NCBI GenBank assembly: GCA_963822585.1
Contig: CAWGIE010000023.1
Coordinates: 64,001-128,000 of the forward strand
Source: an uncultured bacterium
GTDB taxonomy: Bacteria > Auribacterota > Erginobacteria > Erginobacterales > Erginobacteraceae
Length of the DNA: 64,000 bases
Direction of reading: 5' to 3'
The notes below the pieces were generated by a model. It saw only the letters and a program-made list of their open reading frames with translations, searched no databases and was not told the origin of the DNA. Of the stretch, positions 17,569 through 28,203 are shown in pieces. The translations under genes and the position numbers were made by a program. Position 1 is the stretch's first letter; the number at the start of each line of letters is the position of its first letter.

Positions 17569-19236
17569 ATGAAAAACCGTTTTGAAATTATAACCCTGGC
17601 AGCGATCCTGATCGCCAGTTTATTGTTTTCCTTCTGGTTATTTCATTACCGCTTTCACGGCTATTATTCCTATCATGGCGATGATGAGGTACGTTCTTTA
17701 ATCGCATATTCCATTTATCGAGGAGATCATTTCCCCCCTGGGAGTCAAATATACAATATTAAGCCCCGGGGCTTTGTCCCACACTGGCTTTGGCTTCCTT
17801 TCCAATTCTGGTTTAACGCCGCTCTGCTCGGAATAATTCGTAATCCGCGCCTGGTTTCATTCATCAGCAATAGCCTGTTTTCCTCGGGTACCGCTATTAT
17901 AATATACCTGCTGACCAAGCTCATCTCCGGAAATCTGAAAGTAGCCGCGGCCGGCGGGATGATCTGGTATATCTCCATCCCTTTTTTTCGAGGACTTAAC
18001 ATTTCCGGCCTGGATTTGCCGATACTTCATTTTTTTGTTCTGGCCGGAGTGTATTGTTGGCTGAGGACCAAATCCTCGTCCCGAGGTGTATTAGCTTTCT
18101 GGCCGGCCGCCGTGTTTTTCCTGGCCGCCAGTATGGTTCGATACGAGGGCTGGTTTTTCGTCGCGGCTTTTGAATTAGCGGTTTGCCTCCATATAATGTT
18201 CAGGAAATCCAAGACGGAATGGCTCAAGGGGTGTCTGATTCTCGCCCTTCCCCTGCTCTTTATCGGGCTCTGGTTGCTGGATCAACGATTGAGGTATGGC
18301 CACCTTCTATTCCTGACGTTTTATCGTCAAGAGGCCATCGACGGCATCCAGCAATTATTCGGCCGTGAGTCATGGCATTATAAGGCTCTTATATATCCCC
18401 GAATAGCTGCTCAAAGTTCCCCATTGATGATACTCCTAACCCCGCTAGCCTTTCTTGCCTGGCCACGTACCGGTCGTTTATTGCTCCGTTATGCCGGGTT
18501 TATCGCCGGTGGTCTGATCATCCTCAGCGCCTCAGCAATTTATGGCGGTGTTCCCTATGCTCCGGAGAGGGTCGCCTATATCATTCTTCTTCTTCTTCTT
18601 CCTCTTGCCGCCACCGGGGCATGGGAACTGGCTGGATTGATAACCAGGTTATTAAAAAAGAAGGCGGTCCCAGCGATCTTCTGGACCCTGTTTTTTGGGG
18701 GTATCGCGGCGTATAATCTGATGGTTACATCCCGTTCTCTTAACAACAGCATGAGCGAGGAAATAAGCCGGATCGGGCATATCCTGGAATGGTCGGTTAA
18801 GCGAGGAGTCATTGCTGGAAACGAGAAAATCGTCTATGAAGAGAGAGTAATGAAGGATGGTGAGAATGGGAGATGGGGAAGATGGGATTCGATTCGTCTG
18901 ACCTTATTCGCTCCCGACCAATTAATCTGCGATCGTTTTCAGAAAATTATCATCAAGAACGGGCTGGAATACACCGATTCCACAAATCTTGACTCCTCTT
19001 TTTTCCGGAAATTATCCGGAGATTCACTCAAAAGCTATCTTGAGGATCATGACATAAAAATGGCTATAATCTGGTCTGAAGAAACCAGATCAAAAATGCG
19101 TGATATATTTATTCCGTACTTCCCCAGCCCCAATTATGCTATTTTTATCGGCCCCGATAAGGCCTGGAGTTTAGAACCCCTCAGGATTTTTTTAAGCCGA
19201 ATGAAGTCATTATCAAAGCCTTCTGGCGATCGATAA
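17569..19236 (+). CDS. GT-C fold (ArnT/PMT-like) membrane glycosyltransferase
   Basis: Many TM helices, N-terminal loop YHGDDE, RYEGW motif. Confidence 0.75.
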   Translation: MKNRFEIITLAAILIASLLFSFWLFHYRFHGYYSYHGDDEVRSLIAYSIYRGDHFPPGSQIYNIKPRGFVPHWLWLPFQFWFNAALLGIIRNPRLVSFISNSLFSSGTAIIIYLLTKLISGNLKVAAAGGMIWYISIPFFRGLNISGLDLPILHFFVLAGVYCWLRTKSSSRGVLAFWPAAVFFLAASMVRYEGWFFVAAFELAVCLHIMFRKSKTEWLKGCLILALPLLFIGLWLLDQRLRYGHLLFLTFYRQEAIDGIQQLFGRESWHYKALIYPRIAAQSSPLMILLTPLAFLAWPRTGRLLLRYAGFIAGGLIILSASAIYGGVPYAPERVAYIILLLLLPLAATGAWELAGLITRLLKKKAVPAIFWTLFFGGIAAYNLMVTSRSLNNSMSEEISRIGHILEWSVKRGVIAGNEKIVYEERVMKDGENGRWGRWDSIRLTLFAPDQLICDRFQKIIIKNGLEYTDSTNLDSSFFRKLSGDSLKSYLEDHDIKMAIIWSEETRSKMRDIFIPYFPSPNYAIFIGPDKAWSLEPLRIFLSRMKSLSKPSGDR

Positions 19237-19338
19237 CTTCAATGTCGTCTTATTCTACTGACTTGGCTATAACTCGATGGCTATCCATCAATGCCGTTCA
19301 TTGAGCCCCTCTTGTCCTACTCTAGTGGCTAATCCAAA

Positions 19339-22044
19339 ATGAAGACTCACTCATCAACAGAGAAAACACTGATCGTTTTCGGTTCTCCTCCGCTGCCCGC
19401 CGACGTGGTCCGGAAAGTTATAAAAAACCATCCGGCGATCGAATATGACGTCCTCGGTAGCGGTCTTACCGCCAATTATCTGCGTGACGCGGGGCTGGAA
19501 GGTGCTGACGTCATCGGCGAGGGAGGGGATTGGAAGACCAGGCTTTTACTGATCCGGTCCATCAGAAAGAAACGACCGGCAAGCGCCGTCTACATCGGGG
19601 TGATGGCGGACCTGATCGGCCCCCTGACCGCCGCCCTCAGCGGCGCCGGACAGCGGCTGGCGAGCCATCCCTTTGCCCCCGGCACGTCCTCTCCCCGGCC
19701 GATCCGCCTACTGCCGCTGCTGCTCGGAATCGCCGGACGGCTGATACTCTTTCTGGCCGCCGTCCCGGCGTTTTTAATCCTCCGGGTTCTTCTCGCCCGT
19801 TCCGGCATCCGGAGAGGGGAAATCTCCGGGGAATCGATTCCGGCGCCGGTAACGGGAGCCCAATCGCCCCCGGTAAGCCTGGTCGTCCCTAATTTCAACG
19901 GCAGAGAACTCCTCAAACTCTGTATCCCTTCCCTGGAGCGGGCACTGGACGCCTATCCGGGCGGGGGGGAGATCGTCGTGGTCGACGACGCCTCCTCCGA
20001 TGGTTCGGCGGAATGGGTAAAAAAGGCCCACACCTCGGTTCAAGTCATCGCCTTCCCCGAGAACCGGGGTTTCGCCCGGGCTTCGAACCGGGGGATCGCG
20101 GAAGCGAAGAACCGGGTCGTGATCCTGCTCAACAGCGACATCATCGTCGCTCCCGATTTCATCGGGCCGCTGGTCGAGCACCTGCGCGATCCCGATCTCT
20201 TCGCGGTCCAGCCCCGGCTCGACACCTGGAAGGGGGACGGCCTCGACCTGGGCCTGAGCATGGGACACATGGAGAACGGTTACATCCGGATCTGGAACGA
20301 AAAAGAGACGGGCAATCCGCGTTATATTGACTATCCGGCCTCCAATCTCTACGCAGTGGGCGGGGCGATGGCCTTCGATAAAGAGAAATGGGACCGGCTG
20401 GGAGGGTTCGACGAGATTTATTATCCTTTCTGCTGGGAGGACATCGATGTCTCTTACCGGGCATGGAAAAGAGGCTGGAAGGTCCTCTACGAACCGAAGA
20501 GCCGCGTCCGGCACCTCCACTACGGCACCATCTCCCGTTTCTTCGCCCCCGAATACAAACGGGTGATCGAGCAGAAGAACGAGTTGCTTTTCATCTGGAA
20601 AAATATCCATTCCCCCCGGCTCTGGAAGAGCCACCTCGCCAACCTACCCCGGCTCCTGCTCTCGGCGCTGCTGACCGGGAACCTGGCCTTTTACCGGGCT
20701 TTCTGGAAGGCCCTGGCGGAGATCGGTGCCGCCGGCAGGGAGCGAAAACGCGAAATCGGGAGCGGGCGGGTGACGGACGAAGTCGTTTTCAGTCGGTCTC
20801 TTCTCCCCTACCGGAACTGGGTCAAAAGGGGATTCCGGGAAAGAGACCCCGGAGAAAAGCTCCAGGTACTTATAATCACCAATGTCATTCCCTATCCCCC
20901 CAACGACGGGGGGAAGATCCGTCTCTACCAGATACTCAAGAACCTGGGCGGCCGTTATGACATACATTTCGTTTCCTTCTACTATCATGAAAATGAGCTT
21001 CATCAGCTGGACGAGATCCGTGGATTCTGCCGTTACGTCGACGTGGTCCGTTTCATTCCCCGACCCCTGAACCTTTCCCAGAGAATCTTCTGCCCCGAAT
21101 TCTGCCAGAGCTGGATCACCCCCGAGATGGTCAACCTGATCGGCGAAATCGTCAGGACGCGGCCGATCGACCTGGTCCAGATCGATCTGACCCTGATGGC
21201 TTACTGCCAACGACTGGTTGACGATATCCCCACAATCTTTGTCGAACTGGACGCCGGCATCCTGAAGTTCGGCCAGAGCTATAACCCGGCCCGGCGGGGG
21301 TGGAAAAAACCGCTGGAGCTCTATGAATGGCTGAGGATGCTGGAGTTCGAGCTGGATTTCCTGCCCGCTTTTACCAAAGTTATCACGCTGAGCGACGATG
21401 ACGAGAAACTTCTGAAATCGTTTCTCCCCGATCTGGACATCTCGACCGTGACCATGGGCACCGACCTCGATCATTTCCTGGAGCCCTATCGCCCGGTTGA
21501 CAACCACCGGATCCTCTACGTAGGCTCATTGGGTCATTACCCCAACGTGGATGCCGTCCGCTGGTTTGTCTCCGCCATCCTTCCGGAAATCCGCCGGACG
21601 ATCCCCGACGCCACGATGACCATCGTGGGGAGCGGGGATCCCGCCTCGATCGCCGACATGCGGGAGCGGGCCGGTGTGGAATATATCGGGCCGGTCGAGG
21701 ACGTGAGGCCCTACCTGCGCGAGGCAGCCGTCTTCGTCGCCCCGGTGCGCCTCGGATCCGGGATGAAGGGGAAGGTTCTGGAAGCCCTGGCCATGGCCAA
21801 ACCGATGGTCGCCACCTCGGTAGCCGCCGGGGGCATCCCGGTCGTCTCCGGGGAACATCTCATCATCGCCGACGATCCGCAATCGTTCGCCGACGGCGTG
21901 ATCAGGCTCTTCCGGGACCCGGATCTGAGGGAAAAAGTCGCCCGGAACGGCCAGGATCTGGTCAGGGAGAACTTCGGCTGGAAGAAAAAAGCGGACGAGA
22001 TGGATCAAATATACCAACAAATTCTTGCCGAAACGCGCCTTTAA
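19339..22044 (+). CDS. Fused GT2 + GT4 glycosyltransferase
   Basis: VSLVVPNFNG, VDDASSDGS, LLNSD, GGFDE..WEDID; then PYPPNDGGKIR..PVRLGSGMKGKVLEALA. Confidence 0.92.
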   Translation: MKTHSSTEKTLIVFGSPPLPADVVRKVIKNHPAIEYDVLGSGLTANYLRDAGLEGADVIGEGGDWKTRLLLIRSIRKKRPASAVYIGVMADLIGPLTAALSGAGQRLASHPFAPGTSSPRPIRLLPLLLGIAGRLILFLAAVPAFLILRVLLARSGIRRGEISGESIPAPVTGAQSPPVSLVVPNFNGRELLKLCIPSLERALDAYPGGGEIVVVDDASSDGSAEWVKKAHTSVQVIAFPENRGFARASNRGIAEAKNRVVILLNSDIIVAPDFIGPLVEHLRDPDLFAVQPRLDTWKGDGLDLGLSMGHMENGYIRIWNEKETGNPRYIDYPASNLYAVGGAMAFDKEKWDRLGGFDEIYYPFCWEDIDVSYRAWKRGWKVLYEPKSRVRHLHYGTISRFFAPEYKRVIEQKNELLFIWKNIHSPRLWKSHLANLPRLLLSALLTGNLAFYRAFWKALAEIGAAGRERKREIGSGRVTDEVVFSRSLLPYRNWVKRGFRERDPGEKLQVLIITNVIPYPPNDGGKIRLYQILKNLGGRYDIHFVSFYYHENELHQLDEIRGFCRYVDVVRFIPRPLNLSQRIFCPEFCQSWITPEMVNLIGEIVRTRPIDLVQIDLTLMAYCQRLVDDIPTIFVELDAGILKFGQSYNPARRGWKKPLELYEWLRMLEFELDFLPAFTKVITLSDDDEKLLKSFLPDLDISTVTMGTDLDHFLEPYRPVDNHRILYVGSLGHYPNVDAVRWFVSAILPEIRRTIPDATMTIVGSGDPASIADMRERAGVEYIGPVEDVRPYLREAAVFVAPVRLGSGMKGKVLEALAMAKPMVATSVAAGGIPVVSGEHLIIADDPQSFADGVIRLFRDPDLREKVARNGQDLVRENFGWKKKADEMDQIYQQILAETRL

Positions 22045-22058
22045 CCATCATATTAATT

Positions 22059-22340
22059 CACCACGAAGAACACGAAGGACACGAAGAGATATTGTGGTAT
22101 TTACATTGGAGATTCTCTTCCATTTTGAGTAGGCAAAAACCTGATCAATGTCATTGCGAGAAGCGTTTGCCCCGAAGCAATCTCTGAATAACTACCCAGC
22201 CATATTTTTCTCATGCTCTAAATTAAGGAAAATATCATGAGATTGCTTCGGCCTGCGACCTCGCAATGACGAATTGTTTAGTACTTGTGAAAAATTGGAG
22301 AAAACCGCATTCAATAATCATTTGTGTCCTTCGTGGTTTT
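22059..22340. repeat. (CACGAAG)n..(CTTCGTG)n palindromic intergenic element with a nested GTCATTGCGAG..CTCGCAATGAC element
   Basis: Outer arms at 22059-22087 and about 22321-22340; inner element 22150-22270. Relatives lacking the inner element at 23875-23963 and 36905-37005. Confidence 0.8.
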
Positions 22341-22378
22341 AATGGATTTTTTCTATATTTTTTCGCAGAAAACATAAA

Positions 22379-22600
22379 ATGAATGATCGACTGAACAGTT
22401 TAGAAAGAAGAAGCTTGTCGGAGGGGGAAGTGGGCCCGGCGGATGAGGAGCTGGCGCCGCTTTCCAGGGTGCTTCTATCCTATGTGTTACGAATCCTCCT
22501 GCCGGTAATATATGCGTTTACCTACGGCATGGCCTTTGTTTATCTGACGGTGAAGATAAGCCGGCGACTTCTTCAACGGCGCATGCGGAGACACTTTTAA
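22379..22600 (+). CDS. Small hydrophobic ORF, possibly an internally deleted remnant of the radical SAM gene
   Basis: Start context ACATAAAATGAATGATCGACTG resembles ACATAATGACTGATCGGTTA at 23998; same position after a GT4 gene and repeat. Confidence 0.4.
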   Translation: MNDRLNSLERRSLSEGEVGPADEELAPLSRVLLSYVLRILLPVIYAFTYGMAFVYLTVKISRRLLQRRMRRHF

Positions 22601-22609
22601 CCATGTAAT

Positions 22610-23875
22610 ATGTTCTATGTTCAGAATTCGGTCAGGATAACAGCCATCCCAATTAAACTGATGCTTACTTCATCGACAGGAAAGGCAAGAAAAAATCAGA
22701 TATTGATGATTACCAGTGTCGTCCCCTTCCCCCCCAATGACGGGGGCAAGATCCGGATCTTTGAGATGCTGAAGAATCTGGCCGACCGTTACGATATTCA
22801 TCTCGTCTGTTTTTACCGTGATCGGGCCGAACGGGAACGGCTGGAGGGGATCCGTCCCTTCTGCCGCACCGCCCAGGCAGTGCTTTTTGACTCCCGGCCT
22901 TTGAAGATCTTCGCCCGGGCGCTCCTGCCGCAGTACTGCCAGAACTGGATCAACCCCGCCATGGCGGAAAAGATAATCGAGATCCTGCAATCGGAACCGA
23001 TTGATCTCGTTCAGATCGATTTCACGCTGATGGCCTACTATGGCCGTGTCATCGTGGATATCCCCTCCATCTTCGTGGAACACGATGCCGGTATTTTAAA
23101 GTTCGGTAAGAGCTATAACCCCTCCGGTCGGGGATGGAAGAAACTCCTGGAATTCTATGAATGGATGAGAATGCTGCGCTTCGAGCTCACGCTCCTGCCC
23201 TGCTTCACCCGGGTGGTCACCCTGAATAAAGAGGATGAGAAGCTGCTGAAATCTTTTCTTCCCTCCCTGGACATCTCGACCGTGACCATGGGAACCGACC
23301 TGGAGCAGTTCCTCGATCCGTACCGCGGGGTGGAAAACAAGAAGATGATCTACGTCGGCTCCCTGGATCATTACCCCAACGTGGACGCCGTCAGCTGGTT
23401 TGTTTCCTCCGTGCTCCCCCTGATCCGGGAAACAGAACCGGAGGCGACGCTGATGATCGTCGGCAGCGGCAAATCCGAACGTATCGATGATATCAGAGGG
23501 AAACCGGGGGTTGAATACGTCGGTCCGGTTGAGGACGTGCGGCCCTTCCTGCGGGAGGCGGCCGTCTTCGTCGCCCCGGTCCGGCTCGGGTCGGGGATGA
23601 AGGGGAAGGTCCTGGAAGCGCTGGCCATGGCCAAACCGATGGTCGCCACTTCGGTCGCCGCCGGGGGAATCCCGGTCATCTCCGGCGAGCACCTCATCAT
23701 CGCCGACGACCCGCAATCGTTCGCCGACGGCGTGATCAGGCTTTTCCGGGACGCGTCCCTGAGGGGAAAAGTCGCCCGAAACGGCCAGCAGCTGGTCAGG
23801 GAAAATTTCGGCTGGAAGAAGAAGGCCGATGAGATGGATAAGATCTATCGCGAGATCCTGGCCGATCCGTACTGA
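22610..23875 (+). CDS. GT4 glycosyltransferase, paralog of the C-terminal half of 19339..22044 (true start probably further downstream)
   Basis: Near-identical stretches such as FVAPVRLGSGMKGKVLEALAMAKPMVATSVAAGGIPV. Confidence 0.92.
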   Translation: MFYVQNSVRITAIPIKLMLTSSTGKARKNQILMITSVVPFPPNDGGKIRIFEMLKNLADRYDIHLVCFYRDRAERERLEGIRPFCRTAQAVLFDSRPLKIFARALLPQYCQNWINPAMAEKIIEILQSEPIDLVQIDFTLMAYYGRVIVDIPSIFVEHDAGILKFGKSYNPSGRGWKKLLEFYEWMRMLRFELTLLPCFTRVVTLNKEDEKLLKSFLPSLDISTVTMGTDLEQFLDPYRGVENKKMIYVGSLDHYPNVDAVSWFVSSVLPLIRETEPEATLMIVGSGKSERIDDIRGKPGVEYVGPVEDVRPFLREAAVFVAPVRLGSGMKGKVLEALAMAKPMVATSVAAGGIPVISGEHLIIADDPQSFADGVIRLFRDASLRGKVARNGQQLVRENFGWKKKADEMDKIYREILADPY

Positions 23876-23997
23876 ACCACGAAGGACACGAAGGTCACGA
23901 AGAATTACTAAATATTGTTCTCTTTCAATATTTCTTCGTGTCCTTCGTGTTCTTCGTGGTTTAATTGATTAATGTAGTTTAATGTGACAAAGACATA

Positions 23998-25281
23998 ATG
24001 ACTGATCGGTTAACAAGATTAATGAGAGCAAGCTCGGCGTGGCTGGAAGCGGGTAAAACCACCGGCAGCCCGCGGCCGGATCCGGCCGCCGGGCCGCGGG
24101 AACTCCATCTCGAGCTGACCTACAGCTGCAACCAGAAATGCCTGATGTGCGATATCTGGCCCCGCTACCGGGATAATCCGGAGCTGAAGAAAGAGGAGCT
24201 GACCTTCGAGGAGATCACGTCGCTGGTTGAAAATTCACAACTGCTCCGGGATCTGGAACTGATCCTTTTCTCGGGCGGCGAACCCTTCCTCCGTCCCGAC
24301 CTGGCCCGGCTGGTATCATTTTTTGCCGGGAAATATCCGAATGCTCAACTGGTCATCCTGAGCAACTGCTTCAACCGGGGATTGATTATCGACGCCCTGA
24401 CCACCGTCTTCACTGTCACGCCCCGAGCCCGAATCATGCTCGGCACCTCGCTGGACGGACTGGGCGACAAACATGACTCGGTGCGCGGAGTCACTGGAGC
24501 TTTCGACCGTCTCTGCGAAATACTGGCCGCGATCAAAGAGCGGTTCCCCGGGGTCTCCGTTGAAACCAACTTCACGATCACCCCCACCAATGCCGATCAG
24601 CTCTTTGGCGCCTTTTCGTTCACCCACAAAATGGGGATTGGTTTCACCTCCCAGTTTCCCATCCCCTGGGAGGGGACCGCCGATTTTTCCTGGGAGCCGG
24701 AAAAAGTGGAGAAAGTCGATCGGGACATCAACCGAATCATGCGGGAGATTCATCGTACGGAAGCAGGGCGGCTCGGTCCGGTACCCCCCCATCTGCTGGT
24801 CAGGCTTCATTATCTGAAAGGGATGCTTGATTACGAGAAAAACCCGCGGAGAATCTTCCCCCGCTGCCCGGCTCCCTACCGCTATGCCATGATCAGTCCC
24901 CAGGGAGACCTCTACTTCTGCCCCAAGCTGAAGGAGATGACGGTCGGAAACGTCCGGGAAATTTCCTTCGACCGACTCTGGCTGAGCGAAAAGGCGAAGA
25001 AAATCAGAAAACACATAGACTCCGGAGCCTGCCACTGCTGGCTCAACTGCACCGCCTACATTAATATTGAAAAAGCCCTGGAGCGGGGGCAGCCCGCCGC
25101 CCGAAGATTATTCGTCTTAAGCTTCGAGAGAATATACAGATTCTACCGGCGCGGTCTCGCCAGAATAAGCCATCAGATCCGGGAGGTCCTCCAGCTTGCG
25201 GTGTGCGGACTGGTTTTTCTCTACCTCTGCCCGACAATCGGGGTCACTTACCTTGCCCGGTGGTGGCATTCCTCCCGCTGA
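23998..25281 (+). CDS. Radical SAM/SPASM-domain protein
   Basis: CNQKCLMC, FSGGEPFLR, SLDG..HDSVRG, C..ISPQGDLYFC..VGNV..CHCWLNC. Confidence 0.92.
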   Translation: MTDRLTRLMRASSAWLEAGKTTGSPRPDPAAGPRELHLELTYSCNQKCLMCDIWPRYRDNPELKKEELTFEEITSLVENSQLLRDLELILFSGGEPFLRPDLARLVSFFAGKYPNAQLVILSNCFNRGLIIDALTTVFTVTPRARIMLGTSLDGLGDKHDSVRGVTGAFDRLCEILAAIKERFPGVSVETNFTITPTNADQLFGAFSFTHKMGIGFTSQFPIPWEGTADFSWEPEKVEKVDRDINRIMREIHRTEAGRLGPVPPHLLVRLHYLKGMLDYEKNPRRIFPRCPAPYRYAMISPQGDLYFCPKLKEMTVGNVREISFDRLWLSEKAKKIRKHIDSGACHCWLNCTAYINIEKALERGQPAARRLFVLSFERIYRFYRRGLARISHQIREVLQLAVCGLVFLYLCPTIGVTYLARWWHSSR

Positions 25282-25287
25282 AAAGAA

Positions 25288-26928
25288 TCACTCCCCCTTT
25301 CTGACCAGGAAAGGATGTCCCGGAGAAACCGGACCGTAGTGGTCCCCGATGTAATCCCGGACGGCGGGTGAGAGCTGTTCGAGATAGGGCCCGGAAATGA
25401 CCAGGGCCGGTGGATGTTCCCGCAGGGCCGCCAGCAGGTCCTCCCCCTTCTCCCTCTCATCCAGCCACATCAGGACCCCCTCGTGCAAGTAGTAGTAATA
25501 ATAGGCGTGGGGCCGGAAGACCCCCAGACCCGTCCAGCCGTCCAGGACCCGATCCTCGGGTCCGGTGATCTCCATCAAGTGACGGAGGGCTCCCAACCAG
25601 TTGCGGTTGTCCGATAGATGATAGCAGGCCAGGGCCATGAACGGTCGCACAAGGATGGCCAGACCGAGAAAGAAGGGGATGACTTTTTTCCATTTCATCT
25701 TTCGGGAAAGGAGCAAATAGAGGGTAATTATAAGAAACATGACTGTCAGAACCATTCCGATGGTGAGATCGCCGAGAGGCAACTCGAATGAATAACGCAC
25801 CGAGAATTTCAGTAAAAGGGGAGGAACGATCCCGGAGATGAGGAGGATTACCCACCCGGCCAGCCGTAGCATCGGCGAACCGTTCATGATTGCGGTATAA
25901 AAGTTCGATAATCCGGAGGCCGCGTAGATCGCCAGCAGCGGTATGAATAACAGGTAATATTCCGGCCAGGAGACGATGATAATCCAGCTCCCGAGCACCG
26001 TAGATAAAGCGGTAACCAGGAGCAAGAAGTGGCCTTCGCCGAAGCCGCGTCTATCCAGACTCTTTTTAATGGCGCCGAAGAAGCCGATAACTCCCCAGAC
26101 GCAGAAGAAGGGGTTAAAAAAAACGAGCGTTTTCAGGTGCCATGGAGGCACCCTTCTCTGCCAGCGGAGTATGGCGAGAATGGTATTCCGCCAGATTTCC
26201 GGGAGTACCCCCTGAAAAAGAAAGTAGGACATGATGATCAGCAGGGGGAAGATACATCCTATTATGAAGGAGAAAAATTGGAGCAGTTTCGTCTTTTGCA
26301 GAGGAGAGCCGCGTATAATCCGATAGATAATCGCCGCCAATATACCGATCATGGGAAAGGCGATTTTCTGGGTACAGAGAAAAGCGGCACCGAGAGTAAC
26401 ACCTCCGAAAAACCAGCGGATTTTCCTCTGATCTTGATAACCTTTCAAAAGAAGATTAAGGGTTATGAGAAAAAGCAGGAGGGCCGGAACATCCGGGCGG
26501 ATCTCCATGGTCCTCCAGAGGAAGATAAAGTTGTAGCTCAGCCATAACGTGGAAATCCAGGCAACAGTTCGATTAAACAGGCGGCGGGCGATTTGGAAAG
26601 TGACGAATAAGATACAGAGGGTAAATATTTGGGAAATGCCCCGGGCGACATAGATGAGCGTCGGAGAGACTCCCAGGAGAAATGAAGGAGCCAGAAAATA
26701 ATAATAAAGAGGCATATGATGCTGGAAGAAATCCCGGCCGGGCACCAACCCCCGGAAGATGGAAAAGGCCGCGTGAAGATGCTCCATCTCATCCGGATCG
26801 GTATAACGAACAAACACAAGGTGCGCACGGAAGATAAAAGTGAGGGCGATAAGTACCAGAGCAACCGCCGCCGCGAGTTTGGCATCGATAGTAAAAAAAT
26901 ATTGCCGATCCGGTACTTTGATAGTCAT
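25288..26928 (-). CDS. GT-C fold membrane glycosyltransferase
   Basis: DPDEMEHLH..RDFFQHHMPL, EIRPD, multiple TM helices. Confidence 0.78.
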   Translation of the reverse strand: MTIKVPDRQYFFTIDAKLAAAVALVLIALTFIFRAHLVFVRYTDPDEMEHLHAAFSIFRGLVPGRDFFQHHMPLYYYFLAPSFLLGVSPTLIYVARGISQIFTLCILFVTFQIARRLFNRTVAWISTLWLSYNFIFLWRTMEIRPDVPALLLFLITLNLLLKGYQDQRKIRWFFGGVTLGAAFLCTQKIAFPMIGILAAIIYRIIRGSPLQKTKLLQFFSFIIGCIFPLLIIMSYFLFQGVLPEIWRNTILAILRWQRRVPPWHLKTLVFFNPFFCVWGVIGFFGAIKKSLDRRGFGEGHFLLLVTALSTVLGSWIIIVSWPEYYLLFIPLLAIYAASGLSNFYTAIMNGSPMLRLAGWVILLISGIVPPLLLKFSVRYSFELPLGDLTIGMVLTVMFLIITLYLLLSRKMKWKKVIPFFLGLAILVRPFMALACYHLSDNRNWLGALRHLMEITGPEDRVLDGWTGLGVFRPHAYYYYYLHEGVLMWLDEREKGEDLLAALREHPPALVISGPYLEQLSPAVRDYIGDHYGPVSPGHPFLVRKGE

Positions 26929-27029
26929 CTTTTTAAACTAATTCATCCATCGGATCAGTTTTAAATCATGGCCGAGCAGACATCGATCGCAGTGTAATAA
27001 TCCGGATCGTTTATGAAAAATTTTAATTT

Positions 27030-28154
27030 TCATGAACGATCCGGTTTCGCTCTCAGAGAGAACGAAAATTTTTTATCCAGTATCCATTCGATGAAGTTAC
27101 TTACGAATACGGAAGAGAGAGCCACGGTGGTCATCAGGTATCTATTGCTGAAGTGGCTCCAATTCCAGTGAGTGTCTTTGGAAAAGAGAAGGAACTGAGC
27201 GGCAGCGAGAAGAAAGATGAGGATACATTCTTTTTTCTTCTTCATTCGTTTAAAATAAAAAAAGCCCGGGAGCGCGAATAACACAATGGGGCAAGTCGGT
27301 ATTAAACCGTTTTTCAGATTAAATAGCTGGGAAATAACACCTTTCAATAGAGGCTGGGAAAAACGACCATTATAGGTAACGATTTTATAACCCTGGATGA
27401 CCATTCTATCGTATCCGGTAATGAACGGGGAACCGAACATTCTTCCATTCAGCCAGCCATAACAAAAAATCGGCAGAAAAAAACAGACTGCAAAAATGAG
27501 GATACTTTTTTTCCTTTCCTTCCAGGAGGTGAGAATCACATAGCCCAGGAAGAAGGGCACAAACAGCAGATTAGATAATTTCGCCCAGATGGAGAAGCTG
27601 AGTAAAATTGAACCGGCAACCTCTCTTTTTTTCAAAAGGTTGATCAAAGCGCCGAGAACTAAAAGGGTTGAGAAAACATCGGGGGAATAATTGTAGGAAT
27701 AATCATAAAATAGAGTCGCGGTCGCAAAAAGTAATGTGGTTAGGCAAGAAAGCGACTTACCATAAAATAGGCGATTGAGATTATAAATCGCCAACATCAC
27801 CCCGATCACACAGACAACATTGAAAATAAGCAATCCCGGAGATTGGAAAATCAGATAAAAAGGTATCGATAAAAGAGGAAAGAGCAAAGAATGAATAGGC
27901 ACTAATCGGTTGTTTTTGTCCAGAGCCGCTAAAGGCCAATTACCGCTGAGCAGATCAGCCCCCCGAGTATTGTTGGCAATATACCAATCATGGTCTTGCA
28001 AAATAGATTCAATGAAATATTCATGGCAGATCATATCGCCCTTTAAAAAAGAATATCCTTGCAAATAGTTGGAAAGGATAGATGGAACATAGATCAGGAT
28101 GAGGACCGCGACTAACAGAATCATCGTCTGTTTATCGGAGAGTTCCATTTTCAT
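27030..28154 (-). CDS. GT-C fold membrane glycosyltransferase (low GC)
   Basis: Multiple TM helices, KGD loop, FGSPFITGY, NRYL. Confidence 0.7.
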   Translation of the reverse strand: MKMELSDKQTMILLVAVLILIYVPSILSNYLQGYSFLKGDMICHEYFIESILQDHDWYIANNTRGADLLSGNWPLAALDKNNRLVPIHSLLFPLLSIPFYLIFQSPGLLIFNVVCVIGVMLAIYNLNRLFYGKSLSCLTTLLFATATLFYDYSYNYSPDVFSTLLVLGALINLLKKREVAGSILLSFSIWAKLSNLLFVPFFLGYVILTSWKERKKSILIFAVCFFLPIFCYGWLNGRMFGSPFITGYDRMVIQGYKIVTYNGRFSQPLLKGVISQLFNLKNGLIPTCPIVLFALPGFFYFKRMKKKKECILIFLLAAAQFLLFSKDTHWNWSHFSNRYLMTTVALSSVFVSNFIEWILDKKFSFSLRAKPDRS

Positions 28155-28203
28155 TTTAGGGGAAGCTCAATCCGATTCATGAATAAATCGGGACAGAGCA
28201 AGA

